NCBI GenBank assembly: GCA_037915775.1
Contig: JBAIYN010000687.1
Coordinates: 1-28,213, forward strand
Source of the DNA: Burkholderiales bacterium
GTDB lineage: Bacteria; Pseudomonadota; Gammaproteobacteria; Burkholderiales; Burkholderiaceae_F
Length of the DNA stretch: 28,213 nt
Reading direction: 5' to 3'
Shown here: positions 1 through 11,998 of the stretch, one piece after another
Numbering within the stretch: position 1 is the stretch's first letter
Layout: every line of letters begins with the position of its first letter
Notes under the pieces: model-generated
Told to the model about the DNA's origin: nothing
Databases searched by the model: none
Seen by the model: only the letters and a program-made list of their open reading frames with translations
Program-made: the position numbers and the translations under genes

Positions 1-705
1 ACCGTGATGACCAAGGGCGACGCCAGCCCGGTGACACGGGCGGATCGCGGCGCCGAAGAAGCCATGCGCGCGCTGATCGAGAAGCGCTACCCGACGCATG
101 GCATCCTCGGCGAGGAATTCGGCATCAAGGCGGGCCGCGGTTACCGCTGGATCCTCGATCCCGTCGACGGCACGCGCGCCTTCATCACCAACTGCTTCCT
201 GTTCGGCACCCTGATCGCGCTCGAGCGCGACGACGGCACGGGGTTCAAGCCCATCCTCGGCGCGATCGCGCATCCGGCCGCCGGGCTCGCATTGGTCGGC
301 CACGCAGAAGGCACGACGCTGTACGCGAGCGACGGCTCGCAGCGCGCGGCGCACGTGCGCCCCTGCCGCCAGCTCGAGGATGCGACGGTGCTCGCGACCA
401 CGCACTGGTCCACCGGCGAGCAGCGTGCCGGCGCCACGGTCGAGAACGTGATCCGGCGCGCGAAGCTCTACCGGACCTGGGGCGACTGCTTCGGCTACTT
501 TGCACTGTGCACGGCCGGCGCCGACGCGATGCTGGATCCGACGCTGGCCTACTGGGATGTCGCCGCGATCCTGCCGGTCGTCGAGGGCGCCGGCGGGCGC
601 GTCACCAGCTGGCGCGGCGGCGACCCGCTCGAGGATCCGTCACTTCTTGCCACCGCCGGCCCGCTGCACGACGAGATCCTGCGCATCGTGCATGAGATGA
701 GCTGA
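1..705 (+). CDS. Inositol monophosphatase-family protein, probable histidinol-phosphate phosphatase (HisN-type); 5'-truncated by window edge
   Basis: IMPase motifs: SPVTRADRGAE, GILGEEFG, WILDPVDGTRAF, TWGDCFGY, WDVAAILPVVEGAGG. The frame is open from base 1 and stops at TGA 703-705. Confidence 0.8.
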   Translation, partial: TVMTKGDASPVTRADRGAEEAMRALIEKRYPTHGILGEEFGIKAGRGYRWILDPVDGTRAFITNCFLFGTLIALERDDGTGFKPILGAIAHPAAGLALVGHAEGTTLYASDGSQRAAHVRPCRQLEDATVLATTHWSTGEQRAGATVENVIRRAKLYRTWGDCFGYFALCTAGADAMLDPTLAYWDVAAILPVVEGAGGRVTSWRGGDPLEDPSLLATAGPLHDEILRIVHEMS

Positions 706-754
706 CTGGCGGGCGCAACCGGCAGAACGTCCGCTCCGCGCCGCCGCAGCGAGT

Positions 755-1201
755 TCAGAACGGGATGTCGTCGTCCATCTCGGCGATGTTCTGGGCCGGC
801 TTGGCGGCCGGCTTGCTGCCGGACGAACGCGCCGGTGCGGGCTCGTCCACTTCGCCGCCCCCCATGCCTTCGCGCGAGCCCAGCATCTGCATGTTCTCGG
901 CCACGATCTCGGTCGTGTATTTCTCGTTGCCGTCCTTGTCGGTCCACTTGCGCGTCCGCAAGCGTCCTTCCACATAGACGGGCCGGCCCTTGCGCAGGTA
1001 TTCGCCCGCAATTTCGGCCAGCCGTCCGAAGAAGACGACCCGGTGCCACTCGGTCTCTTCCTGCTGCTGGCCGGCTGAATCCTTGTAGCGCCGCGTGGTG
1101 GCGACCGATACGTTGGTGATCGCGGCGCCGTCGGGGCTGTAGCGCGTCTCGGGGTCCCGGCCGAGATTGCCGATCAGAATGACCTTGTTCACCGATGCCA
1201 T
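755..1201 (-). CDS. ssb: Single-stranded DNA-binding protein
   Basis: [18 protein letters not shown]..., [14 protein letters not shown]-terminal DDDIPF. GGGGGA SD-like run upstream of ATG 1201; the ORF-track start at 1261 is an over-extension. Confidence 0.98.
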   Translation of the reverse strand: MASVNKVILIGNLGRDPETRYSPDGAAITNVSVATTRRYKDSAGQQQEETEWHRVVFFGRLAEIAGEYLRKGRPVYVEGRLRTRKWTDKDGNEKYTTEIVAENMQMLGSREGMGGGEVDEPAPARSSGSKPAAKPAQNIAEMDDDIPF

Positions 1202-1235
1202 CGCGTTTCCCCCAAGCCCTCGCTCCGATGCAGCC

Positions 1236-1241
1236 ATCATA
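1236..1241 (-). promoter_or_regulatory. Possible -10 element (TATGAT) for ssb
   Basis: 5/6 match to TATAAT about 35 nt upstream of the ssb ATG; no good -35 at 17 nt. Confidence 0.3.
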
Positions 1242-1330
1242 CCGACTGTCGCGCCGCGCACGCGCCGGCCGGTGGCGCAGTCCGCCTCATCGGCCGACGC
1301 TGCGGCTGGCTTTGGCCGCGCGGGCGCCGC

Positions 1331-1336
1331 TATAGT
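1331..1336 (+). promoter_or_regulatory. Possible -10 element (TATAGT) for uvrA
   Basis: 5/6 match in an otherwise GC-rich spacer, 32 nt upstream of the uvrA ATG; no good -35. Confidence 0.3.
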
Positions 1337-1368
1337 GGCGTGTTCTGCTCCGTCTCCCCTGCCGACAC

Positions 1369-4230
<2,862 letters not shown>

Positions 4231-4366
4231 CGCCGGTCGGCGGCGAGCGACCGGGCGCTGCGGCCTGGCGGGCTCCGCGATCGAGACACTGGGCAACGCT
4301 TCCTATAAGCTTGGCCGAAAGAACAAGAAGAGACGGCCTCGGGACTGGCTCTTCCATTCCAACAAC

Positions 4367-4795
4367 ATGTCTTCCAGTCAGGCGTCGGCTGAATCGTTGC
4401 CGGCGCGGTTCAGGGGGATTGTTCTTCTCGTCGAGGACAATCCGATCAACCAATTGGTCGCCAGCGAGATGCTGCAATTGCTGGGCGCCGAGGTGGAGTG
4501 CGTGCATGACGGGATCCAGGCGCTCGACGCGATGCAATCGCGCCGCTTCGATCTCGTGCTGATGGACATCCAGATGCCCCGGATGGACGGCATCGAAACG
4601 ACGCGCGAGATCCGACGCCTCGAACAAGGCGGGTCCCTGCCCGAGACTCCGGTGGTCGCGCTGACCGCGAATGCATCCGACGCGGATCGCCAGCGTTGCC
4701 TGGCGGCCGGAATGAACGATTTCCTCGCGAAGCCGGTGAAGACCGAGCAGATCGCCGCGGTGCTGGCGCGCTATCTTCGGCCGGGTGCCGACTGA
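4367..4795 (+). CDS. Stand-alone response-regulator receiver (REC) domain protein
   Basis: LLVEDNPINQ, DLVLMDIQMPRMDG (phospho-Asp), VALTANA, DFLAKP. ATG 4367 gives 142 aa; the upstream part of ORF 4100..4795 overlaps uvrA and looks non-coding. Exact start is uncertain because no SD is visible. Confidence 0.88.
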   Translation: MSSSQASAESLPARFRGIVLLVEDNPINQLVASEMLQLLGAEVECVHDGIQALDAMQSRRFDLVLMDIQMPRMDGIETTREIRRLEQGGSLPETPVVALTANASDADRQRCLAAGMNDFLAKPVKTEQIAAVLARYLRPGAD

Positions 4796-4810
4796 ACGGC
4801 CTGCGGCGCA

Positions 4811-6784
4811 TCACCGCTGCAACAGCCGCTCCTCCGCGAGCTCGAGCGATTCGGGAACTCCGCGCAGCACCACCACGTCGCCCGCCTGGAGCACCAGGTC
4901 ATCGCTCGGATCGTCGCCCCGGATCCCGCGCCGCCTGACCGCGGTGACTTCGACACCGATCGGCTTCAGCCCGAGCGCGCCGAGCGCCTTGCCGACCGCC
5001 GCGGCACCGGCTTCGATCGGCACCGAATGCAGGCGCGCATGCGACTCGTCCTCGAATTGCGCCGGATCGTCGGCGCCGTGAAAGTAGCCGCGCAGCAGGC
5101 GATAGCGTGAATCACGTGTCTGGCGTATGCGCCGGACCACGCGCGCCAGAGGAACGCCCAGTAGCACCAGCGCGTGCGAACCGAGCATCAGGCTGCCCTC
5201 GAAGATCTCCGGCACGACTTCGGTCGCGCCGGCCTTCAACAGCCGATCCAGATCCGCGTCGTCCTGCGTGCGCACGATGATCGGCAGGTTGGGCCTCGCT
5301 TCGTGCGCAAAGTGGATCACCTTCAGCGCGGACGCCGGGTTGTTGTAGCTGATCACCAGCGCCGCCGCCCGCATCAGGCCGGCCGCAATCAGCGTCTCGC
5401 GCCGCGCCGCATCGCCGTAGACGACCGAATCGCCCGCCGCGGCGGCTTCGCGCACGCGGTCCGGGTCGAGATCGAGCGCAACATAACTGATGTCCTCCTG
5501 CTCGAGCATCTTGGCGAGGTGCTGTCCGCTGCGACCAAAGCCGCAGATGATCACGTGACGCTCGGTCGCCATCGAGCGCGTGGCGACCTGGTGCAGTTGC
5601 AGCGAGCGCAGCATCCACTCCGAGCTGGCCAGGCGCAGCGCGATGCGGTCGCTGTGCTGAACCAGGAACGGCGCCGCGAGCATCGACAGCAGCATCGCCG
5701 CCAGCACGATCTGCCTGATATCGAACGGCAGGATCGAGCCGGATTCGGACAGCAGAACGAAGCCGAACTCGCCAGCGGCCGCCAGCGCCAGACCGGCCCG
5801 GATCGAGGTGCCGGCACTACCGCCGAACGCCCGGGCCAGCGCCACGATCAGCGCACACTTGAAGGCGGTCGGTATCAGCAGCGCCAGCAGGACCCAGCCG
5901 ATGTTATCGAGCACGACGCGGACGTTCAGCAGCATGCCGATGGTGACGAAGAACAGCCCGAGCAGCATGTCGCGAAAGGGCTTGATGTCCTCCGCCACCT
6001 GGTGGCGGTACTCCGTCTCCGAAATCAGCATGCCGGCGACGAATGCGCCGAGCGCGAGCGACAGGCCCGCATGCTCGGTCAGCCAGGCCAGGCCCAGCAC
6101 GAGCAGCAGCAGATTCAACGTGAACAGCTCGTGCGATTTGCGCCGGGCAACCATGTGCAGCCAGTGACGCAACGCCCATTGGCCGCCGACCAGCAGGATC
6201 GTCAGCAGGACGACCGCCTTGACGGCGGCCCACATCAGTTCCGGTCCCAGGCTTTGCGGCTGCGTGGCCAGCGCCGGGACCACCACCAAAAGGGGCACCA
6301 CGGCGAGGTCCTGGAACAGCAGGACGCCGACGATGCGCTTGCCGTGCTCGGTTTCCAGTTCGAGCCGGTCGACGAGCAACTTGACGAGAATCGCGGTCGA
6401 CGACATCGACAGTGTCGCTCCAAGCAGGAAGCTCGCCGCCAGGCCGAGCCCGATGTAGGGGCCTACCAGCCAGCCGACCACCGAAACGAGCAGGATCGTC
6501 GCCGCGACCTGCACGAAGCCCAGCCCGAAGACGATCCGCCGCATGCTCTTCAGCTTCGGCAACGAAAACTCCAGGCCGATGGAGAACATCAGGAAGACGA
6601 CGCCGAATTCGCCGAGGTAGCGCGTGTCGCCCGAATCGGGCACCAGGCCAAAGGCATGCGGTCCGATCAGGATGCCGACCATCAGATAGCCGAGCATGGG
6701 CGGCAGGTCGAGCAGCCGGAACACGACCACGCCCGCCACCGAAGCGGCGAGAAGCAGCAGCGTCAGTTCGAGCGCGGTGGGCAT
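4811..6784 (-). CDS. Monovalent cation:proton antiporter-2 (CPA2) family, Kef-type K+/H+ antiporter with TrkA-N/TrkA-C domains
   Basis: Hydrophobic N-terminal ~390 aa with GEFGVVFLMFSIGLEFS, LFQDLAVVP, DIKPFRDMLLGLFF; KTN Rossmann motif ICGFGRSG; C-terminal RCK_C-like segment. Confidence 0.93.
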   Translation of the reverse strand: MPTALELTLLLLAASVAGVVVFRLLDLPPMLGYLMVGILIGPHAFGLVPDSGDTRYLGEFGVVFLMFSIGLEFSLPKLKSMRRIVFGLGFVQVAATILLVSVVGWLVGPYIGLGLAASFLLGATLSMSSTAILVKLLVDRLELETEHGKRIVGVLLFQDLAVVPLLVVVPALATQPQSLGPELMWAAVKAVVLLTILLVGGQWALRHWLHMVARRKSHELFTLNLLLLVLGLAWLTEHAGLSLALGAFVAGMLISETEYRHQVAEDIKPFRDMLLGLFFVTIGMLLNVRVVLDNIGWVLLALLIPTAFKCALIVALARAFGGSAGTSIRAGLALAAAGEFGFVLLSESGSILPFDIRQIVLAAMLLSMLAAPFLVQHSDRIALRLASSEWMLRSLQLHQVATRSMATERHVIICGFGRSGQHLAKMLEQEDISYVALDLDPDRVREAAAAGDSVVYGDAARRETLIAAGLMRAAALVISYNNPASALKVIHFAHEARPNLPIIVRTQDDADLDRLLKAGATEVVPEIFEGSLMLGSHALVLLGVPLARVVRRIRQTRDSRYRLLRGYFHGADDPAQFEDESHARLHSVPIEAGAAAVGKALGALGLKPIGVEVTAVRRRGIRGDDPSDDLVLQAGDVVVLRGVPESLELAEERLLQR

Positions 6785-6834
6785 TGTTCTGGGCGTGCGA
6801 CGGTTCGAGTGGCAGGCCGCGACCGTTGGACGAC

Positions 6835-6851
6835 AGCAATTCTTGTGCCAG
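6835..6851 (-). promoter_or_regulatory. Sigma54 (-24/-12) promoter upstream of the CPA2 antiporter
   Basis: Minus strand reads CTGGCACAAGAATTGCT against consensus YTGGCACGNNNNTTGCW, with exact GG-N10-GC spacing. Intergenic and oriented toward ATG 6784. Confidence 0.65.
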
Positions 6852-6868
6852 CGTCAGGGTCGCCAGAG

Positions 6869-6874
6869 TATCAT
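6869..6874 (+). promoter_or_regulatory. Possible -10 element (TATCAT) for the kdsD operon
   Basis: 5/6 match 39 nt upstream of the kdsD ATG; -35 poor. Confidence 0.3.
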
Positions 6875-6913
6875 CGACCGCGACTGTCCTGCTCCGAATG
6901 TTCCCCCTTCCCC

Positions 6914-7903
6914 ATGGCGCCTGACGCGCGCTCCCGTTCTGGTGCTTCGGCGCTCGATCTGGCGCGCGAGGTCCTTGCAATAGAGTCACAGGCGGTCGCC
7001 GCACTCGCCGGTCGACTGGACGGAGCGTTCCTGAAGGCCATCGACCTGCTGCTCGCCTGCCGTGGGCGGATCGTCGTGTCGGGTGTCGGCAAGAGCGGTC
7101 ACGTCGGGCGCAAGATCGCCGCCACGCTTGCGTCTACGGGTTCGCCGGCGCTTTTCGTCCATGCAGCCGAGGCTGCGCACGGCGACCTCGGCATGATCAC
7201 GCCCGCGGACGTGCTGATCGCCCTTTCCTACTCGGGAGAGACGGCCGAACTGCTGACGATCGTTCCGCTGGTCAAGCTCGAGGGGACGCCGATGATCGCG
7301 ATCACCGGCAATCCGGCATCGACGCTGGCGCGCCACGCGGATGTCCATCTGGACGTCCGGGTCGACAAGGAGGCGTGTCCGCTGAATCTGGCACCGACCT
7401 CTTCGACCACGGCGACGCTCGCCCTTGGGGATGCGCTCGCGATCGCCTGCATGGAGGCGCGCGGGTTCGGACCGTCCGATTTCGCGCGCTCTCATCCGGG
7501 CGGGGCGCTGGGCCGGCGCCTGCTGACGCGCGTGGCCGAGATCATGCGCACAGGCGACGCGATTCCGGCCGTATCGATCGATGCCTCCGTACTCGACGCG
7601 GTGGGCGAAATCGGCCGCAAGCGGCTGGGCATGACCGCGGTGCTGGATCGCGACGGGTGCGTGGCCGGCATCTTCACCGAAGGTGACCTGCGGCGGCTGA
7701 TCGAGCGCGTCGGCGACGTACGGTCATTGCGGATCGCCGACGTGATGACGCGTAATCCTTTGACCGTTCCGTCCGCCATGCTGGCGGCGGAGGCGGCGCG
7801 GATCCTCGATGCGAGCCTGAAGAACCAGTTGCTGGTGATCGACGAGGGCAAGCTGGTCGGCGCCCTGCATATGCATGACCTGACTGCGGCCAAGGTGCTC
7901 TGA
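6914..7903 (+). CDS. kdsD: D-arabinose 5-phosphate isomerase (KpsF/GutQ family, SIS + 2 CBS)
   Basis: GVGKSGHVGRKIAATLASTG, EAAHGDLG, PLNLAPTSSTT, HPGGALG, C-terminal CBS pair (VGALHMHDL). It is the real 3' part of ORF 5174..7903. Confidence 0.96.
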   Translation: MAPDARSRSGASALDLAREVLAIESQAVAALAGRLDGAFLKAIDLLLACRGRIVVSGVGKSGHVGRKIAATLASTGSPALFVHAAEAAHGDLGMITPADVLIALSYSGETAELLTIVPLVKLEGTPMIAITGNPASTLARHADVHLDVRVDKEACPLNLAPTSSTTATLALGDALAIACMEARGFGPSDFARSHPGGALGRRLLTRVAEIMRTGDAIPAVSIDASVLDAVGEIGRKRLGMTAVLDRDGCVAGIFTEGDLRRLIERVGDVRSLRIADVMTRNPLTVPSAMLAAEAARILDASLKNQLLVIDEGKLVGALHMHDLTAAKVL

Positions 7904-8445
7904 TGGCGGGAGAAGCCGAAGCGCGTGCCGCCCAAGTGCGCCTGGTGATCCTCGACGTTGACGGGGTCATGACCGATGGACGGCTTCATTTCGGACCGCA
8001 GGGCGAAGCGTTGAAGGTCTTCGACGTACGCGATGGGCTGGGCATCAAGCTGCTGCGCGAAGCCGGAATCGGCGTGGCGATCCTGTCCTCGCGGCGCTCC
8101 GAAATCGTCGACATGCGGGCACGCGAACTGGGGATCACGCATGTGCTGCAGGGCGAAGGCGACAAGCTGGCCGGCTTCGATCGCCTGCTGGGCGCAACCG
8201 GCGCCGCGCCCGCCCAGTGTGCGTTCATGGCTGACGACTGGCCCGACCTCAAGGTGCTGGCAAGGGTTGGCCTGGCGGCGGCGGTCGCGGACGCAGTGCC
8301 CGAGGTGAAGCGTGCGGCTCACTGGACCGCGTCCGCAGGCGGCGGTCGTGGCGCGGTGCGGCAGCTGGCTGAATTCATCCTGCGCGCGCAGGCGAGGTTC
8401 GACGCCGCGCTGGCGCGGCATGGCGCGGAGCCGGCCGATGCGTGA
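7903..8445 (+). CDS. kdsC: KDO 8-phosphate phosphatase (HAD family)
   Basis: LDVDGVMTDG, FDVRDGLG, GGRGAVRQ; TGATG overlap with kdsD stop. Confidence 0.96.
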   Translation: MAGEAEARAAQVRLVILDVDGVMTDGRLHFGPQGEALKVFDVRDGLGIKLLREAGIGVAILSSRRSEIVDMRARELGITHVLQGEGDKLAGFDRLLGATGAAPAQCAFMADDWPDLKVLARVGLAAAVADAVPEVKRAAHWTASAGGGRGAVRQLAEFILRAQARFDAALARHGAEPADA

Positions 8446-9019
8446 TCGGATAACGATGATCATCGCGATCCTGCTGCTTGCCATCGTGACTGCGACGAGC
8501 TACTGGTATTCGCGCTTGATGCGCCAGCCCGAAACTGCCCAGCCGCCGCGGCCCGGCACGCCCGACGTGGTGGTCGACCGGCTCGTTCTGACGCAGTTCG
8601 ACGAGCAGGGGCGCGCGAGGAACAAGTTGTTCGGAAGTCGACTGCAACACTTCCCGGACAGTGACGATATCGAGGTCACGGCGCCGCGGCTGGTCAGCCT
8701 GCGGCCCGATCAGCCCCGAGTCGAAGCCAGCGCGCGGACGGCGCGCGTGGAGGATGCCGGCGAGCGGGTGCAACTGAACGGCGACGTCGTGATCACGCGG
8801 TCGGCATTCCACGGGGAACCGGAGATGCGCATGACGACGGAATACCTGCTGGCATTGCCGGACGAGGATCGGTACCGCACGGATCGTCCGGTCAAGCTCA
8901 CCCGCGGCGCGTCGATGATCAGAGCAGAGAGCATGGATTTCGACAACATCGCCCGCACGGTGGTGATGGTCGGCGCGGTGCACAGCGTGATCGAACCGCA
9001 GCCAGGCGGGCGGCGCTGA
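8438..9019 (+). CDS. lptC: LPS export ABC transporter periplasmic protein LptC
   Basis: Single N-terminal TM helix then beta-rich domain ([19 protein letters not shown]); position between kdsC and lptA; ATG 8438 overlaps kdsC end. Confidence 0.9.
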   Translation: MRDRITMIIAILLLAIVTATSYWYSRLMRQPETAQPPRPGTPDVVVDRLVLTQFDEQGRARNKLFGSRLQHFPDSDDIEVTAPRLVSLRPDQPRVEASARTARVEDAGERVQLNGDVVITRSAFHGEPEMRMTTEYLLALPDEDRYRTDRPVKLTRGASMIRAESMDFDNIARTVVMVGAVHSVIEPQPGGRR

Positions 9020-9022
9020 CGC

Positions 9023-9628
9023 ATGAGCACCCGCATCCTTCGCATCCTTTTCCTCGCCGTTGCGGTTGCGGCCTCGCCCGTCCTGGCCGAGCGCGCCGAC
9101 CGGGACAAGCCGACCCAGATCGACGCCGACCGCGTCACTGCGGAGGAACTGAAGCAGGTCGTCGTCTATACCGGCAGGGTCGTCCTGACAAAGGGAACGC
9201 TGCGCATCACCGGCGATCGGCTCGAACTGCGCGAGGATCCGGAGGGCTACCAGTATGCGGTCGTCACGGCGCCGCCCGGAGGTCTGGCGACGTTTCGCCA
9301 GCGCCGCGACCCAACTCGGCCCGGCATCGAGGAATACATCGATGCCTCGGCCGACCGGCTCGAATACAACGGCAGGACGGAGACGATCAAGCTGACGGGT
9401 CGCGCGCAGATCAGGCGCATCGAGGACGGCCAGCCGCGCGACGAGTTCAGTGGCGGCGTCATCACCTACAACATGCGCGATTCGAGCTACAGCGGCGAGG
9501 GCGGCGCCACGGAAGGAGGTCGGACGCGGACCATCATCGCGCCGCGATCGCCGGCGGCGCCAGCGACGCCGGCGCCGGCCGTGCCGCTCGAGCCCGCGCG
9601 TCGCCTCGATTCGGAACGCAAGCAGTGA
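9023..9628 (+). CDS. lptA: LPS transport periplasmic protein LptA
   Basis: Signal peptide then [32 protein letters not shown]; synteny lptC-lptA-lptB. Confidence 0.93.
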   Translation: MSTRILRILFLAVAVAASPVLAERADRDKPTQIDADRVTAEELKQVVVYTGRVVLTKGTLRITGDRLELREDPEGYQYAVVTAPPGGLATFRQRRDPTRPGIEEYIDASADRLEYNGRTETIKLTGRAQIRRIEDGQPRDEFSGGVITYNMRDSSYSGEGGATEGGRTRTIIAPRSPAAPATPAPAVPLEPARRLDSERKQ

Positions 9629-10419
9629 ACGCGCCGGAGACTTCGACGGCGGCTTCCGTTCACCGCGGCTCGCAGTCAGGCGGCCGTCTTGTCGTCGAGC
9701 ATCTGCGCAAGCAGTACGGCGCGCGGGTGGTCGTCAAGGATGTCTCGCTCACCGTCGAGGCGGGCGAGGTGGTCGGTCTGCTCGGGCCCAATGGCGCCGG
9801 CAAGACGACGTGCTTCTACATGGTGGTCGGGCTGGTGCCGCGGGATGGCGGCACGATCACGCTCGACGGGACCTCGATCGCGCATCTGCCGATCCATCGG
9901 CGGGCCCGGCTCGGCCTGTCCTACCTGCCGCAGGAGGCTTCGGTGTTCCGCCGCCTGACGGTGGAGGAAAACGTTCGCGCGGTGCTCGAACTGCAGGTCG
10001 ACGAGGCGCGCCGTGCGTTCACGCCGGCGCGCATCCAGGAGCAACTGGACGCGCTGCTGGATGAGTTGCAGATCGCACATCTGCGCACGAACACCGCGCA
10101 GAGCCTGTCCGGCGGCGAGAGACGCCGGGTCGAAATCGCGCGCGCGCTGGCGGCACGGCCGCGTTTCATCCTGCTGGACGAGCCGTTCGCCGGTATCGAT
10201 CCGATTGCGGTGATTGAAATCCAGCGCATCGTGCGGTTTCTCAAGGATCGCGGCATCGGCGTGCTGATCACCGACCACAACGTGCGTGAAACGCTGGGCA
10301 TCTGCGACCACGCCTACATCATCAACGAGGGACAGGTGCTGGCGGCGGGTGCGCCGCACGAGATCGTCGAGAACGATTCGGTTCGCCGCGTCTACCTCGG
10401 CGAACACTTCAGGATGTGA
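9625..10419 (+). CDS. lptB: LPS export ABC transporter ATP-binding protein
   Basis: [51 protein letters not shown]; GTGA overlap with lptA. Confidence 0.97.
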   Translation: MNAPETSTAASVHRGSQSGGRLVVEHLRKQYGARVVVKDVSLTVEAGEVVGLLGPNGAGKTTCFYMVVGLVPRDGGTITLDGTSIAHLPIHRRARLGLSYLPQEASVFRRLTVEENVRAVLELQVDEARRAFTPARIQEQLDALLDELQIAHLRTNTAQSLSGGERRRVEIARALAARPRFILLDEPFAGIDPIAVIEIQRIVRFLKDRGIGVLITDHNVRETLGICDHAYIINEGQVLAAGAPHEIVENDSVRRVYLGEHFRM

Positions 10420-10435
10420 CGCGGGCGGAACGACG

Positions 10436-11911
10436 ATGAAACCGAGCCTGCAGCTGAAGCTGAGCCAGCACCTCGCGCTGACGCCCCAGTTGCAGCAGTC
10501 GATCCGGCTGCTGCAGCTGTCGACGATCGAGCTGAACCACGAGATCGAACAGGCGATTGCAGACAACCCGTTGCTCGAGCGGGACGACGATCCGCTGGCC
10601 ACTTCGATGCGGATCGCGTCGGACGGCGCGATTGTCGATCGATCCGCGCCGAGCGAACCGCCCGAGCCCGCCGCCGCGACGCAGACGGACGAAGCCAATG
10701 GCAGCGACCACGCGGGAAGCGACAACAGCGCCGAGGACTGGGGCACCGCAGCCCCAGCAAGCACCCGAGACGAGGACGATGCGGGTCCGATCTCCTGGGC
10801 CGTCACCCGTCCTTCGCTCGCGCAGTTCCTCAGCAGTCAACTGGCCGCAACCCAGGTTTCCGCGCGCGATCGTGCCCTGGTCGAACTTCTGATCGAAGCC
10901 CTGGATGACAACGGCTACCTGACGTCGTCGCTGGACGAGGTGCATCAGATGTGTCCGCCGGACGCCGGCGTCGAACTCGATGACCTGAGCGCCGCGCTCA
11001 AGCTGCTGCAGAGCTTCGACCCGCCGGGAATAGGGGCTCGGACGCTCTCCGAGTGCCTGCTGCTTCAGCTGGAAAACCTGGGCAGGCAGGCGAGGCCGCC
11101 TTGTTCCGAGCAGGCTCTGACTTACGCCAAGGCGATAGTTAGTGAACACTTGCCGCTATTGGCCAATCGGGATTACGCCAAGCTGCGGCGCCTGCTTGGA
11201 GCGAGCGAGGAAGATCTGCGTACCGCGCATCAGGTGATTCGTGGACTCAATCCGCATCCGGGCGTAGGCTTTGGCACGGAGACGATCGATTACGTGGTGC
11301 CGGATATCTTCGTCCGGCGCCTCAAGGGTCGATGGGTCGCGCAGCTGAATCCAGACATCATGCCGCGGCTGCGGGTCAATCAGCTCTACGCATCGATCGT
11401 CAAACGCGACAGAGGCAAGGAAGGACAGGCTCCTTGGTCCGCTCGGCTGCAGGAAGCGCGCTGGTTGATTCGGAATATCCAGCAGCGCTTCGACACCATC
11501 CTGCGAGTCGCCCAGGCGATTGTCGATCGCCAGCACAACTTCTTCACCCACGGCGCGATCGCCATGCGGCCGCTTGTGCTGCGCGAGATCGCGAATACCG
11601 TGAACCTGCACGAGTCGACCGTCTCGCGTGTCACGGCCAGCAAGTACATGGCCACGCCGTTCGGCGTGTACGAGCTCAAGTACTTCTTCGGGAGCCACGT
11701 GGCAACCGAAACCGGTGGTGCGGCATCGTCGACCGCGATCCGCGCCTTGATCAAACAACTGATAGGAGCAGAAGACTCGAAGGATCCGCTGTCAGACAAC
11801 CGAATCGCGGAGTTGCTGGGTGAACAGGGCATCGTGGTCGCGCGGCGCACCGTCGCGAAATACCGCGAGGCGCTGAAGATCCCCCCGGTGGCGATGCGTA
11901 AAGCTCTCTAG
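10436..11911 (+). CDS. rpoN: RNA polymerase sigma-54 factor
   Basis: Region [39 protein letters not shown], RpoN box [10 protein letters not shown]; ATG 10436. Confidence 0.98.
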   Translation: MKPSLQLKLSQHLALTPQLQQSIRLLQLSTIELNHEIEQAIADNPLLERDDDPLATSMRIASDGAIVDRSAPSEPPEPAAATQTDEANGSDHAGSDNSAEDWGTAAPASTRDEDDAGPISWAVTRPSLAQFLSSQLAATQVSARDRALVELLIEALDDNGYLTSSLDEVHQMCPPDAGVELDDLSAALKLLQSFDPPGIGARTLSECLLLQLENLGRQARPPCSEQALTYAKAIVSEHLPLLANRDYAKLRRLLGASEEDLRTAHQVIRGLNPHPGVGFGTETIDYVVPDIFVRRLKGRWVAQLNPDIMPRLRVNQLYASIVKRDRGKEGQAPWSARLQEARWLIRNIQQRFDTILRVAQAIVDRQHNFFTHGAIAMRPLVLREIANTVNLHESTVSRVTASKYMATPFGVYELKYFFGSHVATETGGAASSTAIRALIKQLIGAEDSKDPLSDNRIAELLGEQGIVVARRTVAKYREALKIPPVAMRKAL

Positions 11912-11998
11912 CGACGCAGGTACCACGAGGCACCTGTGTCAATCCGTCAACCAGCCGGCATGTCGTTCACTGCGCCGGCTTCAGCGTAAGGGTGCTGC

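Noticed and set aside
5174-7903. 909-aa ORF suggesting a long KdsD fusion
   Set aside because: The N-terminal ~580 aa are the antisense shadow of the CPA2 gene running in frame into kdsD. KdsD homology starts at ATG 6914.
11271-11288. TTGGCACG inside rpoN (and other TGGCAC hits at about 7390, 13070, 20657, 27054)
   Set aside because: -24 element only, with no TTGC at -12, and all lie within coding sequence.
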